Assembly (NCBI RefSeq): GCF_006345805.1
Contig: NC_043020.1
Span: forward strand, 17,360,001-17,424,000
Direction of reading: 5' to 3'
Length of the DNA stretch: 64,000 nt
Origin: Octopus sinensis
Lineage: Eukaryota
The notes below the pieces were generated by a model that was given only the letters and a program-made list of their open reading frames with translations, was not told where the DNA came from and searched no databases. Both the position numbers and the translations under genes were made by a program. Positions 52,685 through 64,000 of the stretch are shown here, one piece after another. Position 1 is the first letter of the stretch. Each line of letters opens with the position of its first letter.

Positions 52685-54484
52685 CATATATACAATGGGC
52701 TTCTTTCAGTTTCCGTCTACCAAATCCACTCACAAGGCTTTGTCGGTCCCAGGCTATAGTAGAAGACACTTGCCCAAGGTGCCACGCAGTGGGACTGAAC
52801 CTGGAACCATGTGGTTGGTAAGCAAGCTACTTACCATACACCCACAATTTTTTTGCCATCAACAATTGAAAATAACATTTTCATTTGTTAGACAGCTCTT
52901 GCAATTTTCAACCGTGTTTGCACTAAGCATATCAACCTATTTTTGGTACATAGATTGAAATGGCAGTGGATTATTAATAGAATCAAAGAGACTTCTTGAA
53001 CTTAGATTAGTGAACTTGTGCAAAGAAATGTCAGCTTCAAGAAACACTTTAAGATTTATCATTTTCAGTAAATTCAACGATCTGATAGGTAGCTGTTCTA
53101 TTTTTTTTTTTTTTTTTTTTTTTTTAGATAGTTTTAATATTTTTTGCTTATTCTCTGTAACTCAATGCCTTTTATCATTTGACATCAATGTGGCATAGAC
53201 TGCAGTGTAACTGGTTTGAAAATATTTCTGTAAATGCAAGGGCTTTTGCCTTCTGACTTGTTTTTGGATTTGGCTTTTGAGTTAAGAGTAGGAAAATCAT
53301 AATAATCAAAATTAAAATTACTTGAAACAGGAAAAAAGCAGCTCAATGACTAAGGAACTCCACAATCAACTTCAAAGAAATCCAGCAATGCAAGAGCGAA
53401 AGAAAATGATTCAATTCAATTAACCTCAGATAAAAATTTACTTAATAGTTAACAACATAGGCGCAGGAGTGGCTGTATGGTAAGAAGCTTGCTTACCAAC
53501 CACATGGTTCTGAGTTCAGTCCCACTGCATGGCACTTTGGGCTAGTGTCTTCTACTATAACCTCAGGCCGACCAAAGCCTTGTGAGTGGATTTGGTAGAC
53601 GGAAACTGAAAGAAGCCCGTCGTATATATCTATATATATATGTACGTGTGTGTATATGTTTGTGTGTCTGTGCTTGTCCCTCCAACATCGTTTGACAATT
53701 GATGCTGGTGTGTTTACGTCCCCGTAACTTAGCAGTTCGGCAAAAGAGAACGATAGAATAAGTACTAGGCTTACAAAGAATAAGTCCTGGGGTCGATTTG
53801 CTCAACTAAAGGTGGTGCTCCAACATGGCCACAGTCAAATGACTGAAATAAGTAAAAGAGTAAAAGAGTAACAAATTTAAATGCTACATAAAAAATATAT
53901 ATCAAAATATTATTGAGAAATAGCTAGCATACTGTACATTTATGTATAGTGAAAAGAATAGCAAAGAAAACTGCTTGCTTTCTATGGTTAATTTAAAATT
54001 TTTAAATAAAAGGTGCAAAGGATTAAAACTGTAAGTATATACACTTACAATTGGGTTGTAATAAATAATCTTATTAGAAAGATTACTTTATTGGCCACGC
54101 AGGGCTGAACACAGAAGGGACAAAATACAAAGTAAAAGTTTTCTTTCTGGGAAGAAGAGAAGGAAAAAAAGGGTTGAATTCCGATCAAAAGGGGTCGTGA
54201 AAAGAAAAAAAAAAGTGGGGCCGATCAATAGGGATCGTGTATCACAGAAATGTCAATGTAAAAAGGGAAAACAGATTAGGTTTGTCCGTAGATAAACAGA
54301 TAGATAGATACCTATGTTTTGTGATCTTACTGTATTATTGCATTATCAAGAAAGATTTTGTGAAGCCAAATATACAACAAAAACCAAACTTGTATGACTA
54401 GTTATGCCATAATCTAAATATGACATGTCTGTTTACACTTCTATTTCCACGCCTTCACAATGCTTTTCTATTAACCTTGATCCA

Positions 54485-55033
54485 ATTGGGTTGTCTGGAA
54501 AGTTCATGCTGGTTTTTAAAGGAAAGAAAAAGGTCAATAAATACTTGCCATTACATTTTTAATCAACCAAATATGAACCATTTTGTTGCACAATGCATCT
54601 CCATCTTTCCTTCCCAGAATTGAGGTGGTTTCATGGAAAAGAATTCATCAAAGTATCTTTTTATGTCATCTAAGGAATTGAAATTTTTACCATGAAGACT
54701 ATTCTGCAGAGACCAGAATAAGTGGAAATCTGAATGAGCAATATCTGGTGAATATGGAAAGTGGGGTAACACATCCAAGCTGAGCTGCAGCAATTTTTGT
54801 CTGGTTCCCAAAGCATCAAGTGCCGAAAATGAACTTTCTTATCTTCCATTTTAAAGGGTTACAGAATTAACACAGGTTATAGGAACATGAACCTTCTTTC
54901 ACGAAAAGATAGCTTAAACTGTGCTCTAAATGGAGGTGTAGTCAAATCCTATTTTATGGATTCAACCATGTTCTAAAATAAGTCGAACGGTAAGCTACTA
55001 TAAATTGGCACGAACTTTCCGGACAACCCAATA
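54485..55033 (-). mobile_element. Internally deleted mariner with TIRs
   Basis: TIR TTGGGTTGTC(T/C)GGAAAGTTC at both ends; C-terminal HFPYSPDIAHSDFHLFWSLQNSL. Confidence 0.85.
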
Positions 55034-56564
55034 CAAACATACTTTCTTCCTGTACTCCACTATTCCCCACTTCCTACACTACTAGGCGTAGGAGTGGCTG
55101 TGTGGTAAGAAGCTTGCTTATGAACCACATGGTTCTGGTTTCAGTCCCACTGCGAGGCACCTTGGGCAAGTGTCTTCTACTATAGCCTTGGGCTGACCAA
55201 AGCCATGTGAGTAGATTTGGTAAACGGAAACTGAAAGAAGCCCATCGTATATATATATGTATATACGTATATATGTGTGTGTGTGTGTGTGTGTATATGT
55301 TTGTGTGTCTGTGTTTGTTCCCCTAGCATTGCTTGACAACCAATGCTGGTGTGTTTATGTCCTCGTAACTTAGCGGTTCAGCAAAAGAGACCGATAGAAT
55401 AAGTACTGGGCTTACAAAGATTAAGTCCTGGGGGTCGATTTGCTCGACTAAAGGCGGTGCTCCAGCATGGCCACAGTCAAATGACTGAAACAAGTAAAGG
55501 AGTAAAAAAATAAAGAGTAACTACCTGTCTGCCTAGATCAGTGATTCCCACAGGTGATGCATATGCCCCACCCCTATGTAGAAAGCCCGAGGAAAATTGT
55601 GGTGGGGCATTGGATCCAAAATTTTTTCTTTCTGTTTCTTTTTTTTTTTAATAGGACTTGAGATTGTGAAGATCTTTTCCCACAGCAAACATACTATACC
55701 TATACTCATCCTAGCCAAACCAATCCCTCAAGCCAAGCAATTGTATGAAGGCTGTTTGCTACAGTATAGCACTATTCTAATGCTTTAGTGTAGATATTTC
55801 TTTAACCCTCCTGGGACACCCAGGCTGAGTGATCGGCCCAAGTGATACAAGCTGATACAAGACTTTGAGGTTGATCCATCGGCCCAATGAAACGAATGTT
55901 GGGAATGGTTGGTTTTGAAGAGTAATAGCCAATCAGAGATTGTCTTTCAGTATATTTTTTTTATGCTTTTCACAGAAACACTTATGCTTATTATTTTATT
56001 TATTTACATGTACTGTGTTGTTTTAGGTTTTCTTATTGTAATAGAAGTGTTGTACTGTTTATAAGCTTTCCTAATATACATAGTTTTACATACTAATAAT
56101 GTAGTTTTAGGTACTTTATCATTTGTTTTCTACATGCACCTATCATTTTCAGTTTCAACAGAAAAGAGTTTTGATCTTTTTGGCTACACATACCAAAACA
56201 CCATGTGTCTCAAAAGAGTTAAGAAAAGTATTTAATTATGAAATACTAGAAATAAAGTTTTTTTCCAACTACCATTGGGGCATACATTTTCCTGGAAATT
56301 CATAGTGGGGCTTGGGGGAAGAAAGGGGTTGAGTAACACTGACTTAAATGAAACCTAATTATCTTTTACATCAGGGATCCTCAACCATTTTTATTCTGGT
56401 GGATCCCCATAGCCATTCGATGTTTCAAAACTAATTTTGTAGATACTCCTTTCAAAATTCTTATTCTGCTTTTCAAACATGCATTTAATATAGGTTGAAC
56501 TATGTAAAACATTAGAGGAAGACATTGCGCTGTTTCTTGCGATAAACCAATCTAAAGCAAAATT

Positions 56565-57935
56565 TTTACATGGACCCTTAATATACTACCATAGACTCCC
56601 AATTTATTCTTTTGCTTGCATTTTTATATGAACCCTTAATATACTACTATAGACCCCCAATTTATTCTTTTGCTTGCATTTTTACATGGACCCTTAATAT
56701 ACTACCATAGACCCCCAATTTATTCTTTGTTTTGACCCCTTTGTTTACATGGACCCTTAATATACTACCATAGACGCCCAATTTATTCTTTTTGACCCCT
56801 TTGTTTACATGGACCCTTAATATACTACCATAGACCCCCAATTTATTCTTTGTTTTGACCCCTTTGTTTACATGGACCCTTAATATACTACCATAGACCC
56901 CCAATTTATTCTTTGTTTTGACCCCTTTGTTTACATGGACCCTTAATATACTACCATAGACGCCCAATTTAATTCTTTGTTTTGACCCCTTTGTTTACAT
57001 GGACCCTTAATATACTACCATAGACGCCCAATTTATTCTTTTGCTGGCATTTTAACATGGACCCTTAATATACTACCATAGATCCCCAATTTATTCTTTT
57101 CCTTGCATTTTTACATGGACCCTTAATATACTACCATTGACCCCCAATTTATTCTTTTGCTTGCATTTTTACATGGACCCTAAATATACTACCATTGACC
57201 CCCAATTTATTCTTTTGCTTACATTTTTACATGGACCCTTAATATACTACCATAGTTCCCCAATTTATTCTTTTGCTTGCATTTTTACATGGACCCTTAA
57301 TATACTACCATTGACCCCCAATTTATTCTTTTGCTTGCATTTTTACATGGACCCTTAATATACTACCATTGACCCCCAATTTATTCTTTTGCTTACATTT
57401 TTACATGGACCCTTAATATACTACCATAGTTCCCCAATTTATTCTTTTGCTTACATTTTTACATGGACCCTTAAAATACTACCACAGACCACCCCCAATT
57501 TATTATTTTGCTTGCATTTTTACATGGACCCTAAATATACTACCATAGTTCCCCTATTTATTCTTTAGCTTACATTTTTACAGGGACCCTTAATATACTA
57601 TCATAGACCCCCCCAATTTATTCTTTTGCTTGCATTTTTACATGAACCCTTAATATACTACCATAGACCCCCAATTTATTCTTTTGCTTGCATTTTTACA
57701 TGGACCCTTAAAATACTACCATAGACCCCCCAATTTATTATTTTGCTTACATTTTTACATGGACCCTTAATATACTACCATAGACCCCCCCCCCCAATTT
57801 ATTCTTTTGCTTGCATTTTTACATGGACCCTTAATATACTACCATAGACCCCCCAGTTTATTCTTTTGCTTGCATTTTTACATGGAACCTTAATATACTA
57901 CCAGATACCCCCAATTTATTCTTTTGCTTGCATGA
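56565..57935 (+). repeat. About 58-bp minisatellite (about 23 copies) inside a hAT-MITE-like element starting at 56372
   Basis: Unit CATGGACCCTTAATATACTACCATAGACCCCCAATTTATTCTTTTGCTTGCATTTTTA, with a 60-63-bp variant block at about 56690-57000. Confidence 0.95.
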
Positions 57936-58174
57936 ACCCCTTTGTTTACAATTTTATTCTGGTGAACTCCCATAGCCATTCAATGTTTAAAAACTAGTTT
58001 TATACCTACTTTTTTCAAAATTCCTATTTTGCTTTCTGCGCATTGACTTGCATATGTTTGCAATAGAACACAGATGACCAAAACAAGTAAAAAGATAAAA
58101 TTCAAACCTATCTACCACAAAATAAAATATTTCCTTGTCTTTTCTTCTTTTCTGTTTAATTTTTCTACCTCCAG

Positions 58175-58306
58175 AATCGGAACCCAGGCCCTGGTACTTA
58201 TGAAATCAAAAGTGGAATTGATTCCCTTTTGCAAAAAGTTGTTGGTAATCGTGGTCCATATGAGCTCTTCACTGGTCCTCGAACTCTGAACCTCCAGACA
58301 ACCAAA
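58175..58306 (+). CDS. CIMAP2: CIMAP2/LEXM-like, coding exon 6 (NRNPGPGTYEIKSGIDSLLQKVVGNRGPYELFTGPRTLNLQTTK)
   Basis: Polypyrimidine tract plus CCAG, GTAAGT donor, phase 0-0. Closely resembles LEXM GPGTYFFKSDLE...VGTRGPYDTFSGDR. Confidence 0.92.
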
Positions 58307-58695
58307 GTAAGTATTGCTTTCATTATTGTCGTTGTTGTTGTTTTTGATGTTGCTATTTTCAGCATTATTATTATTATTATTATTATAATTATTATTATTA
58401 TTCATCATTTAACATCCATTTTCCATGCTAGCATGAGTTGGATGGTTCGAACGGGGTCTGCGAAGCCAGGAGGCTGCACCAGGCTCCAGTCTGATCTGGC
58501 AGTGTTTCTACAGGTGGATGCCCTTCCTAACGCCAACCACTCCATGAGTGTAGTGGGTGCTCTTTATGTGCGACGATCGGTTGGTGCTTTTTACGTGCCA
58601 CCAGCACAGAAGCCAGTCAAGGCAGTGCTGGGAACGGCCACGTTCGGATGGTGCGTTTTACGTGCCACCAGCACAGGTATCACAACTACTATTTC

Positions 58696-58776
<81 letters not shown>

Positions 58777-58781
58777 CATTA

Positions 58782-58816
<35 letters not shown>

Positions 58817-59064
58817 AAGGCAGTGACCTAACAGAATCGTTAGCATGCTGGGTGAAATGCTTAGTGGTATTTCGCCTGTCTTTATGTTTTGAGTTCAAAT
58901 TCTGCCGAGGCTGACTTTGCCTTTCATCCATTTGGGGGTTGATGAAATAAGTACCAGTTGAGTACTGGGGTTGATGTAATCAGCTAACCTCTCCCCCCCC
59001 CCCGCAAATGTCAGGCCTTGTGCCTTTTGTAGAAAGGATAATTATTTTTATTATTATTATTATA

Positions 59065-59380
59065 TTTTACTTCTCAGAGCTCTCGATCTTACTTGCTCCT
59101 GTTAATTCTGTGAAAGCAGACAGCAACCTTTTGTCAAAGGTCTCACAAGGTCTCATATCCATGAATTAAAAGACTTTGTACCTAGATGTTAAGTATCATG
59201 GAAAATACTTGACACCCAAGTACCAATCTGAAAATCCTCATTGTCCCCAATGAAGTAGTATTTTGAGCAAGCTCTACACTCATGCCAGTTCCTGTTCCTC
59301 CAATATATTTCTCAAACTTGGTTGTTAGTCCCCTTCAAGGCCTCTACAAAAACTGGGATAACAGTTACTCTCTTCATTGC
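59065..59380 (-). pseudogene. R4/Dong-like LINE extreme 3' fragment ending in (AAT)n
   Basis: Degenerate VTVIPVFV.AL...SVELAQ.TTSLGTMRIFRLVLG RLE C-terminus. Confidence 0.6.
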
Positions 59381-59540
59381 CCATATTCTTGCAATTTCAT
59401 CTTTTAATATTTTCCCACCTTTCTCTGCTCTTTGTCACCTATGCATGCAGATCAGGCTTTGGCAATATCTATAACCTTAGTTTCCTTTTTTCTTTTATTC
59501 ACTACAATTTATTATTGAAAACATCACACAGTATCCAATA

Positions 59541-60413
59541 CAGTTCTATATTTAAGAGATGAGGAATTATGTACATTATTTACATTATTTACATTCAACG
59601 GATATTTGTCCTCATCTTGTTTGTTGTTAACACAACGTTTTGGCTGATATACCCTCCAGCCTTCATCAGGTGTCTTGGAGAAATTTCAAACCTGGGTTCT
59701 CATTCCTAAGGTATTTTCGATGTTATTATTATTATTATTATTATGATTATTATTTATAGGCGCAGGAGTGGCTGTGTGGTAAGTAGCTTGCTTACCAACC
59801 ATATGGTTCCGGGTTCAGTCCCACTGCGTGGTATCTTCGGCAAGTGTCTTCTGCTATAACTTTGGGCCGACCAATGCCTTGTGAGTGAATTTGGTAGATG
59901 GAAACTGGAAGAAGCCTGTCGTATATATGTATATATATATGTATGTGTGTGTATATGTTTGTGTGTCTGTGTTTGTCCCCCTAGCATTGCTTGACAACCG
60001 ATGCTGGTGTGTTTACGTCCCCATCACTTAGCGGTTCGGCAAAAGAGACCGATAGAAGTACTGGGCTTACAAAGAATAAGTCCTGGGGTCGATTTGCTCG
60101 ACTAAAGGCGGTGCTCCAGCATGGCTGCAGTCAAAAACTGAAACAAGTAAAAGAGTAAAAGTGTTCAGGTCACTGCTTGGAATTGAACTCGGAATCTTAG
60201 GGTTAGTAGCCCATGCTCTTAACCACTACGCCATATGCCCGTGGGCTTTAACCACTACACCATATACCCATGGTCCTTAACCACTACACCATATGCTTGT
60301 GGGCCTTAACCTCTACGCCATATGCCCACAGGCATATGGCATAGTGGTTAAGAGCACGGGTTACTAACCCCAAGATTCCAAGTTTGATTCCAAGCAGTGA
60401 CTGGAACACTAAC

Positions 60414-60447
<34 letters not shown>

Positions 60448-60590
60448 TCGAAAAATATCTTAGGAATGAGAACCCAGGTTCGAAATTTACTCAAGACACC
60501 TGAAGAAGGCTGGAGGGTATATCAGCCGAAAAGTGTTAACAACAAACAAGATGAGGACAAATATCCATCGAATGTAAATTATGTAAATAA
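59541..60590. mobile_element. TSD-bounded inverted dimer of a tRNA-head + (AAT)n + hammerhead element, with a nested family A SINE
   Basis: TSD CAGTATCCAATA (59529-59540, 60591-60602). tRNA-like heads at 60161-60240 (-) and 60331-60405 (+). Hammerhead motifs at 59629-59674 (-) and 60495-60537 (+). 29-bp tandem repeats at the centre. Confidence 0.8.
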
Positions 60591-60609
60591 CAGTATCCAA
60601 TATTTTGAT

Positions 60610-61040
60610 GTTGTAGACTGAAAATATCAAGTGTACATAGGATTTGTACTGTCTGTCAAGACACAACAAAGACCTTGGATTGACCGTACTTTACACACTA
60701 TGCATGCAGTTCCAAGTAAAGCCATTTTTTTGCAACACCCCAAGATTGTAGCGTATTTCTAAAGTGTCTTAATGTTCCGATGACAACAGGAACAACCTTT
60801 GTGTTTAATTCTTGCAGCTGCCCCCATCTTGGTAATCTCAATTTTCAGGTCTCCATATTTGTCAACCTTTTCTCTATCTTTCATGATATGTTGATCCGGC
60901 ACTGCCACGTCGATTATTAGGCACTCATGCTCATCCCTCCTAAAGGCTACTATATCAGGCCTTTGATGCTCTAACACCTTGTCTGTCTGGAAGTCAAAGT
61001 CTCTGAGGATCTTTGCCTTCCTGCTTTCATCCATTACCTT
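60610..61040 (-). pseudogene. R4/Dong-like LINE RLE-domain fragment next to (AAT)n
   Basis: KILRDFDFQTDKVLEHQRPDIV...LIIDVAVP...EKVDKYGDL (PD-D/E-xK type RLE). Confidence 0.8.
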
Positions 61041-61062
61041 TTATGAGGTATTATTATTATTA

Positions 61063-61106
<44 letters not shown>

Positions 61107-62371
61107 TGGTGAGATGGCAGAATCATTAGCACATTGGACAGAATGCTTGGCAATATTTCTTCTGACTTTACATTCAGAGTTCAAATTCTGCCAAGGTAGA
61201 CTTTGACTTTCATTCTTTCAGGGTCATTAAAATCAAGTACTGGGGTTGAGGTAATCAACAATCCCTCCTACCCCAAAATTTCAGGCCTTGTGCCAAAATT
61301 TGAAACCATTATTGTTGTTGTTGTTGTTGTTATTGAGAGAACAACAGACACCATCAAAGTGACACTGGGGTACAAATATGCAAAGCCCAATATACCCATC
61401 ATGACTACCCATGTGACAAGGGTACACCAGACACATGCATTACAACCATATGTATGCAATATGGTGATCTCACATCAAGATAAACAGTGGATGACTTTGC
61501 AGGTGGGGCCCAGTTAGAATTTTCTTCAAGGTGAGTAGCCCATGTTGCTCAAAAGGCCCCTGAATAAGGTTTGTTTCAGAACATTGAACAAAACACCCAC
61601 ATTTCCGGAGGTGAATTATTCAAACCCCAAAGAATCCCTCTCAACACATGGCTATGATGCTCCCCCACTACTTCTGCTCATGATCAGAGATGCACATATC
61701 ATCAGCCACCAAGGGACATGCTCAATTGGTTAAGGTCAAACAACTGACAAGCAAATCTGTGGTATTGAGCAGAATATTTGCTGTAGACCATCTTTTATAC
61801 CAAGACAAAACAATGTACATGTTAACACTTTCAACAGTTATTATTATCATTATTATCATCATCATCATCATCATCATCAGGGGGCAAGCTGGCAGAATTG
61901 TTAACACACTGGACAAAATGCTTAGCAACATTTTATCCTTCCTTATATTCTGGGTTCAAATCACACTGAAGTCGACTTTACCTTTTATCCCTTTTGGGGA
62001 TTGATGAAATAAGTGCCAGTCATGCACTGGGGTCAATGTTTTGAATTAAGCATGCATTATCCTATAGCTTTGAGATTTTAATGATGTGACTATCTTTCAT
62101 CATTTTTAGACAAAGGCAGCAAGCTGGCAGGATTGTTAGCATACCAGGCAAAATGCTTAGCAGCATTTCATCTGCCTTTACATTCAGTACAATTAGTTCA
62201 AATTCTGCCCAGGTCAACTTTGCCTTTCAGTCTTTCAGAGTTGATAAAATAAGTATCAGTTGAGCACTCGGGTTAATGTAATCAACTAAACCCCTCTACT
62301 GAAACTGCTGGTTTCAGTAAATTCAAACTGTACTAAAGTAAATTCAAATTGTACTAAAATCTGAAATCATT

Positions 62372-62900
62372 ATTTATTTTTAGACATTGTAGGGAGAAAT
62401 CTGGCTGAATTTGGCCAGTTTGAACATAACGCCTTACTTCCCTGGGCATGGACACATTGAAACTCCGACGTCTGGCAACTGACTTGGCAGACACCCATAA
62501 AATTATCAACCATCTTACAAACAATAACACTGAGCACCTTTTCAAACTCCACCTGTCTAACACCCGTGGACATGTTTACAAAGTCAGAAAACAGCACAGC
62601 TCCCATGACTTTAGGAAACATTTTTTCACGCTGAGAGTTGCTGAAGCATGGAACAAACTGCCTGCATCAGTTGTTAGTTGTCGGAGCACTGCATCCTTCA
62701 AAACTTCCATGCTTTCTGAGATTCGCCAACACTGCACCTGATTTTCTCCCCTCCATACACACACAAGCATGTATCTGACTCATACACTGTTCACTTTCCA
62801 GACATTTGTACATTACTGCATATACTTTATACGCACTTTCTGACAAGTTGTGGTGCACCTGAGCACTGTATACAATAATTTCATTATTATTATTATTATT
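62372..62900 (+). pseudogene. CR1-type LINE 3' fragment with 3' UTR and (ATT)n tail
   Basis: ORF 62448-62741 contains LKLRRLATDL...NTRGHVYK...FFTLRVAEAWNKLP. Confidence 0.88.
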
Positions 62901-63613
62901 ATATAATAGGCGCAGGAGAGGCTGTGTGGTAAGTAGCTTGCTAACCAACTACATGGTTCTGGGTTCAGTCCCACTGCGTGGCATCTTGGGCAAGTGTCTT
63001 CTGCTATAGCCCCGGGCCGACCAATGCCTTGTGAGTGGATTTGGTAGATGGAAACTGAAAGAAGCCTGTCGTATATATGTATATATATGTATATATATAT
63101 ATATATATGTGTTTGTGTGTCTGTGTTTGTCCCCCTAGCATTGCTTGACAACCGATGCTGGTGTATTTACGTCCCCATCACTTAGCGGTTCGGTAAAAAG
63201 AGACTGATAGAATAAGTACTGGGCTTACAAAGAATAAGTCCCGGGGTTGATTTGCTCGACTAAAGGCGGTGCTCCAGCATGGCCGCAGTCAAATGACTGA
63301 AACAAGTAAATGAGTAAAAGAAAAGAGTATATAAAATGGGTAGAATATTTTCACCAGACATGGGTGATTTAAACCTTCAGCACTTAAACTTTGGCCATTT
63401 TCAGCCCAAATATTCTACCTGTTTTATGCTCAAACCCTACAATGCCATTCTAAAACTATACAATCACATCATCAAAATTTCAAAGCTATAAGAAGATAAT
63501 ATATATAATTAATTAAAGACAATTTAAGTAAATAAGTATTACATTTGGTAGAAATATCCAAATGCTAAAAGGGTTAAACATTAATTGAATTTATTTTTGA
63601 TTTTTTTTTGTAG

Positions 63614-63769
63614 CCGAAAGTCTATCCATGTCCTGGTCAATATGAAATAAAATCAGGCATTGATCAAGTACTGGAGTCAAGCAAAAACTTACAAGGCAAG
63701 TTTGGTAAATGCGAGCGCTGGATTAAGCAAATGCACGAGAGAATAGCTAGCGTGACACCTAAAGATCTT
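63614..63769 (+). CDS. CIMAP2: CIMAP2/LEXM-like, coding exon 7 (PKVYPCPGQYEIKSGIDQVLESSKNLQGKFGKCERWIKQMHERIASVTPKDL); gene continues beyond the window
   Basis: T-tract plus TAG acceptor, GTGAGT donor at 63770, phase 0-0, 52 codons. PGQY repeat; GKFGK..ERI resembles LEXM HGVFSK..ERI. Confidence 0.88.
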
Positions 63770-63827
63770 GTGAGTATTTACATATATATATATACTTTAT
63801 TTAAAGCAGCAGAAAATTCAACAAAAC

Positions 63828-63865
63828 CTGTTACTCTGAGTTTCCCGTTGCCGTTCATCGGACAG
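63828..63865 (-). ncRNA. Minimal hammerhead-like motif (U4C variant)
   Basis: CTGT-CCGATGA-A-CG-GCAA-CG-G-GAAA-CTC-A-GAG-TA-ACAG. Confidence 0.45.
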
Positions 63866-64000
63866 TTTTTCCACCTTGTTTCACATTTATGTGTTTACTC
63901 CGGTATATATATATATATATATTGTATGTATTATATCATCATCATCATCATCATCATCATTGCCATCACCATCATCATCACCATCATCATCACCATCATC

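Noticed and set aside
56565-57935. CRISPR-like array
   Set aside because: Units are contiguous tandem repeats with no unique spacers; no cas genes; eukaryotic context.
59068-59260. Possible extra exon of the CIMAP2-like gene after the TTCTCAG acceptor
   Set aside because: All three frames stop early; the region is better explained as an antisense R4/Dong-like 3' end.
60331-60405. Functional tRNA genes (this and other SINE heads, e.g. 42580, 31615, 50388)
   Set aside because: A/B boxes are present but acceptor stems are incomplete and the heads run into SINE bodies.

Overview
AT-rich, microsatellite- and retroelement-dense eukaryotic genomic DNA. The SINE families and repeat landscape suggest an octopus or other cephalopod (inference). 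One host gene is visible on the + strand. Seven coding exons (19515-19570, 32579-32666, 35775-35945, 37758-37880, 40393-40512, 58175-58306, 63614-63769) splice in frame with GT-AG boundaries. They give 282 aa of a PG-repeat ciliary protein resembling CIMAP2/LEXM (C1orf177); the gene continues past the window. The rest is decayed mariner, Tigger and hAT-like transposons, RTE, CR1 and R4/Dong-like LINE fragments, several tRNA-derived SINE families, MITEs, a 58-bp minisatellite and long palindromes. The most unusual signal is a set of putative self-cleaving ribozymes in short non-coding retroelements. (1) A TSD-bounded palindromic insertion (59541-60590) of two inverted units, each a tRNA-like Pol III head, (AAT)n and a minimal hammerhead. 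(2) A hairpin element (44381-44550) with a near-canonical hammerhead on each strand, plus a second copy at about 46.5 kb. (3) Further hammerhead-like motifs at 38.8 and 63.8 kb. (4) A 380-bp element starting exactly at an HDV-like ribozyme fold (3623). Also notable are a full-length U6 snRNA retrocopy fused to a retroelement 3' tail (33564-33733) and SINE multimers flanked by single TSDs. All RNA folds were assessed by eye; none was computed or tested.
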